DNA of 64,000 nt from a virus, in the IMG/VR virus record IMGVR_UViG_3300032116_015770; one strand, written 5' to 3'. The position numbers were made by a program, and so were the translations under genes. Positions 44,546 to 56,200 of the stretch are shown here, one piece after another. The notes below the pieces were generated by a model, which was given only the letters and a program-made list of their open reading frames with translations, ran no database searches and had not been told where the DNA came from. Position 1 is the first letter of the stretch; the number at the start of each line of letters is the position of its first letter.

Positions 44546-46770
44546 TGTCACGAATAAAAGAAAGATTATCGAAACTGGTAGCAAGTCAGCTACCGGAATT
44601 CATCCAGTCAGACTATCCTACCTTCATAGCTTTTTTAGAAGCGTATTATGAATTTTTAGAGCAAGATCAAAATGCTCAAGAAATTCTACAAAACGCTGTT
44701 AGCTATAGAGATATTGATCGTACTACTACAGAATTCATTGAGTATTTTTTAAGAGAATATTGTGATAATATTCCAAGAGATGTACTTTCTGATAAAACAA
44801 TTCTAACCAAATATATTAAAGACCTTTATAACTTTAAAGGTAGTGAAAAGTCTTTTTATCTTCTATTTCAATTATTATACAAAGAGAAGGTAAATCTATA
44901 CTACCCTAGAGATGATATATTAATTCCATCTAGTGGTACATGGCAGCAGTCTACAATAATACAGCTTGAAACTTTAAACGGTAACCCTGATACAGCTGTT
45001 AATGTACCGGGTGTAATTTTATCTACATCTACAGTAAATCCTATAACTCTTAAGAGTAAAAAAACTGTCACAGCCGTTACTAATGTAGTAACTGGTGCTA
45101 TTAGTACGAGTACTACTATTTTTGATTTTGAAATTGACAGAATAGGAATACCGGTTAATATCGGTGATATTGTTGAAGTAGGAGGATACAGGGGTAAAGT
45201 TCTAGGGGTACCTAGTTCAGTTTCTGTTATTAAGCCAGGTATCGGGTTTAAAATTGGTGATACTTTTGAAGTCAAATCTTTTCCAAGAGGTATTGGAGCT
45301 TATGTAAAAGTTACTTCGGTTGATGAGAATGGTGGTGTTAAGAATGCAGAACTTTTAAGAGTTGGTTCTGGGTATGACATTAATTTTTTTGCCACTATTG
45401 TTTCACAGGTATTAATTACCCCGCCCACATTTCTATTTAACACTGCCACAGGCAATGTCTCGATTGTTGACCAATATGTCGGTCTTTCAGATTTTGGTAG
45501 AATAACTAAACCAACCTATGCTGATGGATCATATGTAGCTGGTGATTATTGTGACGAAGTTGTTAGAGTCTTTAATTACGGCCCAGTTAATCAAGGTGAT
45601 ATCTATTTCGGTGCAGAAGAAAAATACGAAGCGGTTCTAGATATAAAAGTTGGATCGAGAATTAACTACCCGGGTTATTACAAAACAAATAAAGGATTCT
45701 TAAGCGATAGTACAATTAATGTAGCTGATGCTAACTATTATACCCCATACACCTATGTAGTAGTTTCTAATAAACGTTTACAAGACTATAAGAGAGCAAT
45801 TTTAGATATTCTACACCCAGCAGGCACTAACCTGATTGGTGAATTAAGAATGCTAAATGAAATTGATGCTATTCCGACCGTTGGTACTACCTTCGACTTC
45901 TTACGTACTACTGTTCTGGATATTTTCAGCACTTCTGATATTGCTACTAAACAAGTAACAAAAGTTCGTAGTTCTAATACTACTCCAAGTGATAATGTAT
46001 TCTCTAAAGTCTTTGCCAAGGTTCTTACCACTAACCAAACAAGTTTTGCAAACGTAACATTAAGACACTTAACTAGATATCTTGCTAATATATCCAATAT
46101 TACTGTTAATGTTGAAAATATTATTTCTAACGTTAGCAAAGTTTTAAGCACCGTTAATGCATTAGATGATAATTCATCTGCTAATATTAATATAATTAGA
46201 GGTGATGCAGGTGATTTACTTGTTTCAAATGATCTAGCAATATTTAATATATCAACAGTTTATGAAAGTAACACGACTGTAGCATCTGCTAATACGATTG
46301 CCAACATAATCATAAACCCTGTTTCATTATCATCTCAGGTAGACGAGTTTCTTGCTAATGTAAATAAGGTACTAGGTAGTAATTCTAGTATAAATGATGA
46401 TATATTAAAAGATGTAACTATAGTAAAAGGTATAGGTGAGGATGAGGTATTTTCCAACGATTTAGCTACTATAAATTTTACATCTATTCAGTCTGATAAT
46501 CAATTTTTACTATCAGAAAATGCAATTTTTACTATAAATGCAGTATTAAATTCTGTCGATCAAGTTTTAGATAATCTTTCTAGCAACATAAATATTGTCA
46601 AGACTAATAATGTTGCTATACAAGATAACCTGGTAGTTTCAGTTGATAGTCTGGTTTTATCTAGTAACGTTAATAACTCTGATTCTGGTAGTATTTTTCT
46701 TTCCAATTACTCTAACATACCTAACGAATATTTTGCAGAGCAGTATGTTGGTGATTTAACAACGTTTTAA
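44545..46770 (+). CDS. Baseplate wedge protein gp7-like with repetitive C-terminal extension
   Basis: QLPEFI..DYP.F..FLEAYYEFLE, KGSEKS, YY....Y, LHPAG; lies between gp6 and gp8. Confidence 0.7.
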   Translation: MSRIKERLSKLVASQLPEFIQSDYPTFIAFLEAYYEFLEQDQNAQEILQNAVSYRDIDRTTTEFIEYFLREYCDNIPRDVLSDKTILTKYIKDLYNFKGSEKSFYLLFQLLYKEKVNLYYPRDDILIPSSGTWQQSTIIQLETLNGNPDTAVNVPGVILSTSTVNPITLKSKKTVTAVTNVVTGAISTSTTIFDFEIDRIGIPVNIGDIVEVGGYRGKVLGVPSSVSVIKPGIGFKIGDTFEVKSFPRGIGAYVKVTSVDENGGVKNAELLRVGSGYDINFFATIVSQVLITPPTFLFNTATGNVSIVDQYVGLSDFGRITKPTYADGSYVAGDYCDEVVRVFNYGPVNQGDIYFGAEEKYEAVLDIKVGSRINYPGYYKTNKGFLSDSTINVADANYYTPYTYVVVSNKRLQDYKRAILDILHPAGTNLIGELRMLNEIDAIPTVGTTFDFLRTTVLDIFSTSDIATKQVTKVRSSNTTPSDNVFSKVFAKVLTTNQTSFANVTLRHLTRYLANISNITVNVENIISNVSKVLSTVNALDDNSSANINIIRGDAGDLLVSNDLAIFNISTVYESNTTVASANTIANIIINPVSLSSQVDEFLANVNKVLGSNSSINDDILKDVTIVKGIGEDEVFSNDLATINFTSIQSDNQFLLSENAIFTINAVLNSVDQVLDNLSSNINIVKTNNVAIQDNLVVSVDSLVLSSNVNNSDSGSIFLSNYSNIPNEYFAEQYVGDLTTF

Positions 46771-46780
46771 GGAGATTTAA

Positions 46781-47230
46781 ATGAGTGGCTTAAATGAGAC
46801 ACTACAATTGAAAGGTACTCTGTTAATTACCAAAACAGATAAAGATGGTAATGTAACAAAAACCGAAGTACCAAATACTGTTGTTGCAAATGGTAAAACA
46901 TTTATTGCATCACGTATGGCTGCTAATACTACACCGGTTATGTCAACTATGGGTATTGGTACATCTTCAACCCCAGCAACTACATCAGATACGCAGTTAG
47001 GTGCTCAAGTACAATTAAATGCACTTTCACCTGTAGGTGGTTCACCATCAGCAAATACTGTTGTTTATACAGCAACATTTTTACCTAATGAACCAGGTAC
47101 AAGTGCAGCGTTAACTGAAGCCGGTGTTTTTAATTCGGCAAACACAATGCTATGCCGTACAGTATTTCCTGTAATTAACAAGCAAACCACTGACACCATT
47201 ACTATTTCTTGGACAGTATCGTTAATTTAA
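46781..47230 (+). CDS. Tail/baseplate-associated protein
   Basis: NTVV.NG, MGIGT, TEAGVFN, F..INK...DT..I.W fibre-anchor-type fold. Confidence 0.6.
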   Translation: MSGLNETLQLKGTLLITKTDKDGNVTKTEVPNTVVANGKTFIASRMAANTTPVMSTMGIGTSSTPATTSDTQLGAQVQLNALSPVGGSPSANTVVYTATFLPNEPGTSAALTEAGVFNSANTMLCRTVFPVINKQTTDTITISWTVSLI

Positions 47231-47233
47231 AAT

Positions 47234-50212
47234 ATGTCAACACTAATTAAACCGCTGCTGCACGGCAGTGTTGCTGAATCTTTACTTAATGAAATTAATA
47301 CACGAGCAGGGAGATACTACTATTTCCTTGGTAAAGTATTAACATGGTCAGATGAAACAGACCCTCCGTTGCCGGTTGATAGTGTAGAATATGAAAGAGA
47401 AGTAAGAAGAAATATTGTTATTGTTAAAGAAATTAGACCAGGGGATGTTAGTTTAATTATTGATAGAGTTAATTGGACATCTGATACCGTTTATGACATG
47501 TATGATGATAGAATTTCTGATGAGTTAGACGGTATCAATTTGGTGTCAGGGGGTACAGGGTATTCTAATAACCCAACTGTAACTATTTCTGGTGGTGGGG
47601 GATTTGGTGCTAAAGCTAATGCACTAACTAACACCGGGATAATTACAAGTATTGTTATGACCGATAGGGGGTATGGTTATAATTCTACTCCTACAGTTAC
47701 TATTACTGATCCTTATGGAAGTAATGCAAATGCAATCGCCGTACTCTCTCGTGCCACTTCTGGGGCTGCTAACCTACAGTCCTCTAATTTTTATGTTGTC
47801 AATGATGAATTTAATATTTACAAATGTTTAGACAATAACAACGGTGGAAGATCAACATTTAAACCAACTGATACAGGATTTGATGCCTTCTCTCTGCCAG
47901 ACGGTTACGTTTGGAAATACATGGGTTCAGTTCCTCCTTCTTTAAGACATAAATTTGCTTCAAGAACAAAAGTACCTATTGTTAGAGCCGTAAATGAAGC
48001 GTTTTATTCCGGTGGTGAGATTAAAAAAATTAGTATATTAGACACTGGAAATAATTATAATACTGCTTCACTCACCATCACAGGTGATGGTTATCTAGCC
48101 GGTGATCAGTATTACTTGTCTACATTTACGATAACTAATAGCGGCTCAGGATACTCGACCGCTACGGTTTCTATTGACCCTCCTGTATTTGGTTCATCTA
48201 CATGGTTACCAAATCTCTTAGTGTATGTAGGTACGTATTTAAATTATGATAATAACTATTACATCGTTGTAAATGGAGGTACAACTTCTACACAACCTCC
48301 TGTTCACACGGTAGGTGTAGAAGCCAATGGGTCTACAGGTTTAAAATTCTTAGGCAAGCGTGCAACTGCTAATGCAGTAATTTCTAGCGGTCAAGTAACC
48401 TCTATCGTACCAGATGGTAGTTTAAGATCTATTACTGCTATCGATAGCGGTACTGGATACGCTTATGCTCCAACTATATCCTTTACTGGAGGTAGTGGGT
48501 CTGGAGCAAATGCATATGCAGTCGTTTCAAATGGATCAGTAGTTTCGTATGTTATAACGAATATTGGTTCTGGATATACTTCACCTCCTACGGTTGTGGT
48601 AGGGCGCCCATGGGTAGCAAATGCTAAAGTTGAACTTAATGAACAAATTTATAATGGTGAATATCTATACACTATTACAGATGTAGATATTGATGGTACT
48701 ATAAGAGAAGCTAATGTCACATATGGTGGTAGTGGTCTAGCTCTAGGAAATGGTTATATTAAAGCACCTAACGTAACATTTGTTGGTGGTGGGGGTAATA
48801 ACTTATCGGCTTTTGCTCAAATTCATAATAATGCTATTGCAAATATTTTCATAACTAATATTGGTAACGATTATACATCAGCACCAACGGTAGTTATTGG
48901 AGATCAATGGGCAGCTAATTTAAATGTTATAGCAAATACTCAAATATTCTATTTAAGTAACTTATACACCGTTTTAAATACAGGTAACTTAAATACCACA
49001 GCTCCATTACATGTATCCGGTACACAACAATTAGGTACTTCCAACTTAAGGTTTGAAGGAAATATTGCTACAGCTACGGTAAGTTTATATAGATCAAATT
49101 TCCTAAACACCACAGCCCCTACCCATGTAGTAGGTACAGTTAAATTAGGTGGAGCTAATGTCACAATAGCTGGTACTCACGCCGAAGCTACTGCAGTGTT
49201 AAAGTATGGTTCTGGGTATAATTATACTCCTAACTTAACTATTTCCGGTAATGGAACCAACGCTGCTGGCTCAATTGCAGTTACAAAATCAGAAGCTCTA
49301 ATTAGACCAATTTTAGATAACGGTAGAATTGTTAGAGTAGCTATAGATGACGGTGGTACAGGATATACATATGCAGTTATAAATGTTATTGGTGACGGGT
49401 CTAATGCAAAATTCTTCATAGATTTTTCACCTGGAGATCTTATATCACTACAATCTTCTATTGAACTATTAGCTAACGAGGGCGGCATTCACGCGGCAAA
49501 AGTTATATCCGGGGGGTACAGCTACCCTGGTACTACCGCCAATGTTACTATTACTGGAGATGGTACAGGTGCTACCGCCACAGCGTCAGTGTTAGGTGGT
49601 AAGGTAACTAAAATAAACATAATTACCCCGGGCACAGGGTACTCCAAAGCTAACGTTAATATTATTTCAGAAGTTGGAAGAGGTGCGTCCGCTCGCGCTA
49701 TTTACCCTCCTAAAGGAGGGCACGGTAAAGATATTGTTCAAGAATTATTTGCAAGAGCTATAGCTTTTTATAGTAATGTTTCTGACGATACTAATCAAGG
49801 GTTTGATGTAGATAACGACTATCGTCAATTTGGTATCATAAAATCTATTTCAAATTATGATGATCCAAGGTATTTTAATGAATCTATCGGTTCTGCATGC
49901 TGGGTAATTTCGGGAGTGATGAGTCCTAGTGTTTTTGCACCAGATAGAATAATTACTAGTACATTCTCCGGTGGTAAGTTTCTCATAGTAGCTTCTACTA
50001 CTACTGGCGTTTTAGTACAAGCATTAGATAATATTGATCCAACTGTGGGTGAAAATTTCTTTACTGACACAGGTGAGGCCTTTGTAGCCACTGGAATTAC
50101 TAAACCAGCCGTGGATAAATATTCCGGAGATTTAATGTACATAGACAATCGTCTTGCATTTACCCCTTCTACAGAACAAGCAGTTTCATTGTTAACAGTA
50201 TTTACATTCTAA
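47234..50212 (+). CDS. Baseplate wedge protein gp8-like, expanded with repeated inserted domains
   Basis: YYYFLGK...W, YDMYDD, FYV.NDEFNIYKCLDNN, DGYVWKYM, GGHG.D, DYRQFGII, SGD..YIDNR. Confidence 0.8.
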   Translation: MSTLIKPLLHGSVAESLLNEINTRAGRYYYFLGKVLTWSDETDPPLPVDSVEYEREVRRNIVIVKEIRPGDVSLIIDRVNWTSDTVYDMYDDRISDELDGINLVSGGTGYSNNPTVTISGGGGFGAKANALTNTGIITSIVMTDRGYGYNSTPTVTITDPYGSNANAIAVLSRATSGAANLQSSNFYVVNDEFNIYKCLDNNNGGRSTFKPTDTGFDAFSLPDGYVWKYMGSVPPSLRHKFASRTKVPIVRAVNEAFYSGGEIKKISILDTGNNYNTASLTITGDGYLAGDQYYLSTFTITNSGSGYSTATVSIDPPVFGSSTWLPNLLVYVGTYLNYDNNYYIVVNGGTTSTQPPVHTVGVEANGSTGLKFLGKRATANAVISSGQVTSIVPDGSLRSITAIDSGTGYAYAPTISFTGGSGSGANAYAVVSNGSVVSYVITNIGSGYTSPPTVVVGRPWVANAKVELNEQIYNGEYLYTITDVDIDGTIREANVTYGGSGLALGNGYIKAPNVTFVGGGGNNLSAFAQIHNNAIANIFITNIGNDYTSAPTVVIGDQWAANLNVIANTQIFYLSNLYTVLNTGNLNTTAPLHVSGTQQLGTSNLRFEGNIATATVSLYRSNFLNTTAPTHVVGTVKLGGANVTIAGTHAEATAVLKYGSGYNYTPNLTISGNGTNAAGSIAVTKSEALIRPILDNGRIVRVAIDDGGTGYTYAVINVIGDGSNAKFFIDFSPGDLISLQSSIELLANEGGIHAAKVISGGYSYPGTTANVTITGDGTGATATASVLGGKVTKINIITPGTGYSKANVNIISEVGRGASARAIYPPKGGHGKDIVQELFARAIAFYSNVSDDTNQGFDVDNDYRQFGIIKSISNYDDPRYFNESIGSACWVISGVMSPSVFAPDRIITSTFSGGKFLIVASTTTGVLVQALDNIDPTVGENFFTDTGEAFVATGITKPAVDKYSGDLMYIDNRLAFTPSTEQAVSLLTVFTF
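50114..50121 (+). promoter_or_regulatory. Late promoter GATAAATA embedded in the gp8 3' end
   Basis: About 100 nt before the 2160-aa gene. Confidence 0.45.
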
Positions 50213-50222
50213 TAGGTAAAAA

Positions 50223-53200
50223 ATGGCAATTGATTTTAATGTAGCTCCTTACCATGATGATTTTTCACCGAGCTCAAGATATTATCGCATATTATATAAA
50301 CCTAGTCGTTCAGTTCAAGCTCGTGAATTAACTCAAATGCAATCGATTCTTCAGAATCAGATTGCAGCAATGGGTACTAATGTATTCAAAGAAGGAACTA
50401 TAATTTTAGGTGGTAAAACATTTTTTTACGTTATAGATTATGTAACTATCACAGGGACCTCTACCCCTACCGAATTTGTAGATAAAGTTATTGTAGGTGT
50501 AACTTCAGGTGCGAGAGCTCGAGTTATTCAGGTAACCCCATATGAAGTTTTCGATAGCGTAACATACCCACCTGCCCTCCATTTTCAATACATTGATGGT
50601 ACCGAAACATTTCAGGCCGGTGAAGCGATTGTTATTGAGGGAACCACTACCACAGTAACTTTAACTGACAATGCATTGTTCTCTGGTAAGTCCAAAGTTT
50701 ACAACATCCAAGATTCTGTTTTTTTTACTAACGGTTTTTTTGTATTTTGCCCTTCACAAACTGCAGTAGTAGGTCGATTAACTTCGGTACCTTCAGCAAT
50801 CATTGGTTTAAAAATAAAAGAGGGTATAGCTAACTCTGACGATGATCCGTCTTTATTAGATCCTGCAGTTGGTTCTAATAATTACTTTGCACCCGGTGCA
50901 GACCGTTATTTTATTGACTTAGAATTATCTGTTATTAATTTTGATCCAGATGTAGAAGGCTCTGAAGATCAAGAAATTCCTAACTTTATTCAGCTTGCAA
51001 AATGTTACTACGGTGACTTATTAAATCCTCCATTAAAAACAGATTTTAATGAAGTTGAAAGTATGATGGCGCGTAGAACTTACGATGAATCTGGTGATTA
51101 TACAGTAAGACCGTTTATTGCGCAAGTAGTTAATCATAGATACGGAAGTAATTTAGCTCATTCTATTAAAGTATCTACAGGTAAAGCTTATGTTCGTGGT
51201 TATGAATTTGAAACTACAGCTCCACTTTATTTAACTTTAGATAGAGCATTAGACACAGCAAGAGACTCCGACTTCCCTGTAGTACTGTCTTATGGTAATT
51301 ATATACAAATAAATGAACCTACGGGGATGTTTTATCCTACCAAGGCTGAATTAGTTTACTTAAGTAGAAGTACTGCACCTAATGTTAGTTATTCAAGCAA
51401 TGCAGCTTTTCAAGCTAATGTAGTCGGTACAGCCCGAGTAAGATATGTTGACTGGTCCGGTACGGGTAATGTTTATAATATGTACCTGTACAACATTGCC
51501 ATGAAAACAGATAATGTTACCGGCGCTAGTAACGTATTTTCAGAAACTAACAGTATTATTTCAGCCACTATTAGTGGAGCTTCTGTAACTCCTCTAGCTA
51601 ATAGTAATGTATTAAGTTTTGGTAATGCTGCTATTATATCACCGCAAAGAGATAATACCTCTTTATTCCTAATACCTCAGAGATTTGTTAAAACCTTAAC
51701 ACCAAACGCAGTTTCAAATATTTCGTTTTTAGGCGGGACATTATTTGAAGACGTTCAATTTACATCTGTAGGTGGTGGAAAATCTTCCGGTCAGATTGAG
51801 GTTGGTTTACCTAATAGATTTACTGGAACAGGTGAATTATCTGCTACTTTATCTAATTCATACTATCAAGGTGTAGTAGTTACATCTGCATCTGGTCCTC
51901 CGGTAGGTACCAGATTAATATTTGGTGTAACAGGTAAGTCTAATGTCGTGGTATCTTCTACAAGTTCTTTATCCAGAAGTACGCTTACTGTAACCGATGG
52001 TGGGTCGTTCACAGCAAATATTTTTGCTGTTGTAAATTATAGACAAGGCTCGGCTGGTAGTAAATTAAAAAATGCAAATACCAGAGTCAAAGTAGTTACG
52101 GCAGATCCAGACGGAAACGTTACAGGCAATCTTTTAGCCGTTATTTCTTTAGATTATCCTGATGTATCAGCTATTAATAGTGTTATTGATGCCACAGGTA
52201 ATTCTGCCGCATCCTTTTTTACTTTGGATACAGGTTTGCGTGATGATTATTATGAGCACGCTACTTTAAGAGCTCTTCCAGGTAATAACATTCCATTACT
52301 TAATGTTACAACTAACCCTAATCTTACAATTACTTATACAGTTTTAGAACATACTGATGTAAATCAAACCGGTTATTTTACTGTCGATTCCTATCAAAAT
52401 CTTGATTTTGCTGATATACCTACCTACACAAACGCACAAGGTAGAAAAGTAAATCTTTCAGACGTATTAGATTTTAGAGCAGTGAGATTACCAAATAGCA
52501 ATACATTTGTTTCACCTGTAGTTCCAGTTCCAGATTCCACATTTACTACAACTGTAGATTATTACTTACCTAGAAAAGATAAAATTGTAATTACTAAAGA
52601 TAGAAAGATGAAGGTCATAAAAGGTGTTCCTGCAAAAACACCTACCTTACCTTCTGATCTAACTGATGCAATGACAATTTATACCATCACTCTTGCACCG
52701 TATACTGCTAGACCTGAGGATGTAAAGTTAGTATATAATGAGAACAAGCGTTATACAATGCGCGATATAGGTAAATTAGAAAGAAGAATTAATAAACTAG
52801 AATATTATACTGCACTAAGTTTCTTAGAGAAAATTGCAGCTGATGAAAAAGTACCAAGCGCTCTTCCAGGTATCGATAGATTTAAAAATGGAATTATGGT
52901 AGATTCATTTGCTGGTCACTCGGTAAGTGATGTAGGTAATAAAGATCTAAGATGCTCCATTGATTACGAACGTAGATTACTACGACCAATGTTCGTAGCT
53001 GATTCCTATCTATACTCGGTATTACCTCAATCAAATAATTTTAAGTTAAGTGGTGATATTTTAACAATAGATTATAGAGAAGCTATTGGAGTTGTGGATC
53101 AAACTTTAGCATCCAACACTGTACCACTAATGCCTTTTGCTGTATTCAATTGGGTAGGTACAATGAAGTTAAGCCCTCAAACTGACTTCTGGAAGGATAC

Positions 53201-56200
53201 CAAAACTAACCCAGCGGTTATTTTTAATTTAAATGGTGAGAATGATCCGTTTACTATTATTGAACCTAAAAACGGATTTAATGCCACTGCATCTCAGATG
53301 AAATTCTCCAACTGGGAGAACACTGGTATTACAGATTTACAAGTAACAGGTTCTACTGAAGTAAGAGTTGATAACAATTTAGAGTTAAAGACCGATGGTC
53401 TTAATTTATCAGCGGGGATTACCTCACAAGCCACAGCTACAACTACAGTTAATACATCTTATAAACAAGTTCAAGGTAGAGTAGGATTAGAAATTAACTC
53501 GGCTGAACGTGTTATTAATGCAAGTATAGGTAATAGAATCGTTGATTCTAGTTTATTACCTTATATCCGCCCAAGAACTATTGAATTTGTAGCTCAACAG
53601 TTAAAACCTAATACTAAATTATTTGCTACTTTTGATAATATAGATGTTTCTGATTATGTTTTCCCTGCTGCGCGTATTAGAATTAACTCTAATTTAAATA
53701 ATGCAAACGTACGTTATTTGTCAAACACTATGTCTGGTGGTGGGCTTTATGCAAATGCAAGCGTTATTTTCCAAAGAAAAGATGGTCCTAATGTTACCGT
53801 ATTATTTGTAAGACATTCTGGACAATCTAATGTATTTGCTGTAGGTAACGTAGCTACTCTTTACCTAGATACAGGTGTAACGGCTACTCATGCTGTTACA
53901 GGGGTTACCTTCCCGTCCACAGAAGATGGATTAATAACCACTGAAAGAGGGGAAGCTGTTGGTGTATTTGCAATTCCAAATAATGACGCTATGAGATTTA
54001 ATGTAGGTGAACGTGCATTTAGACTATCCAATAGTTTGAATAGAGATTTAGAAGAGACAGTAGCAGAAACAATTTATCTTGCTCAAGGTATTACCCAAAC
54101 AAGAGAAGAAGCTATAGTTGCTACCCGAGTAAAAGATGTAAGTATTAATCCCGTGTTCCAGACTAAAGCTGGAGCAACAGTAAACAAAACTACCTCAACA
54201 ACAGTTACTGGGCCGGCGACATCCGCTGAATCTAATTCTGTAGCACTACCTGGGGGATCTTCTCGTACTTTATTTTGCGGTGAAGGAGCTAAAGCATCTG
54301 GTGGTATTGGATCCGCTGTCGGAAATCCGAACAACCCTGGTTCCGCCCCAGGGACTGGAATTGGGGTAGATGTAGGTACAGGGCAAGGTGTCCATGATTT
54401 TAGAATTAATCTTGGTGTAAAAACAGGACTAGTTAGAATTAGATGCTGGCACACTCCAGCAATAATTAATACCTATACAACAGGTGTCATGGGTGGTTTT
54501 ATGAGTTGGACATCAGTTAAGGCTTCTGATTCCGGGCAACCTGAAAAATTTACCGTAAGGTACAGAGGTGAAGAATATACTACAGGGTTTATTGGTAATC
54601 GTAATTTTAATCAAAGATTGTTAGATTTAGGTTATGAAGATGTGTTTAGTGCACCTCCAGGGGGATTTGCTGACATTACTTTCTTTAAACACGATATAGG
54701 TGAAGAGTTTTGTCATATAACAGTTGATGCTCCTATGCCAGGAACAGGGTGGCAATTTGCTGCTATTGCCTGCCCTAATACACTACCAGAGACAGCACCA
54801 GGTCAATGTTCAATTAGAGCAGCAGATGCACACGCATTCTTTATTGAAGAAGACGCTAGAAGAACTCTTCAAACCGTACATGGTATTTCTGGTGTAGTTC
54901 TTAGTGAAGTGGACCGTGAGGTTATTAGAACTTCTAGGTCTAAAGGTGATTATAAGTTTACAATTTCTAATCCTTCACAAGCTCGAACTTCTAGAACATA
55001 TAAAGCTGAGGACGATAGCGTCTACACGGATAGATCTATTACTATTAATTCTATTTCTGTAGATACTAGTAAGATGACTGCCCTAGATAATTTCTCTTAT
55101 GAAATTATTACAACTGGAGAATCCAAAGGTAACGACGATGCAGAAGGGCTTAATCCTGATAGAACAGATGCAAGACTAGGTGGTAGGTGGACCAATACTT
55201 TAGGTTCTTTACCAGTTACACTTTTACCTGGTCAATCTAGAACATTCTCTTTAAGACTATTTAAAGATAGCCCTAGACCATCTGTAGGTCGCTCAAAAGG
55301 GCCTAAAGGTAGATTAATTGTAACCGCTGATGTTGAAGGACCTACCGGCCCGGCAACACTTGCAAAAGTAAATGCAATTACAGGTAAACTTGAAATTGAT
55401 ACCGTGGTAGGTAGTTCTGCTAGATCCACAACAGTTCAGTACTATGACCCTGTTGCTCAAACTTTTATCGTTGATGCAAGATCTTTCCCAGATGGTTACT
55501 TCTTAAGCTCAATTGATCTATGGTTCCAATCTAAAGACCCTGTACAACCGGTTCAAATTCAAATTAGACCAGCTATCGAAGGTAGACCAAGTGCAGATAT
55601 AGTTTTACCTTTCGGGACTAAAACTTTAGCTGCAGAGGATATTGTAGCTTCAACTACATTTGATCAAAGTAAATTTACAAGATTTAAATTTGACACACCA
55701 GTATACTTAACACCTCAAGAATACGCTGTAGTTGTTTTATGTATGTCTACTGAAGCCAGACTATACATCTCAACATTGGGTCAATTTAAACTTGGTACTA
55801 CTACCCCTGAGAGAATTAGAGAACAGCCGTATCTAGGTGAATTGTTCTTATCTCAAAATGCTCGTTCATGGGTACCTGAACCATTATCTGATTTAACTAT
55901 CAGAGTTAACAGAGCTAGATTCTTGACAGAAAATACAGCTAATGTTACAATGGCTTCAACTACACCGGTAGCTAATACTGAATATGATCTATTCTATACT
56001 CAGGGTGATTTAATTGAATTCGCTGATACATTTACATCCTATGCTTTCTTAACCTCAACACCTAGTTATGATGGTGGAGGTAATATTATCGGGGCGTTAT
56101 CTGATATTCAATACTTACGCTATAATTTAGGTACTAATTACCCTCTTAATACTAGAAAAGTGGTATTGAGAGCAAGCGGTGAAACATTGAAGCTTAATTT

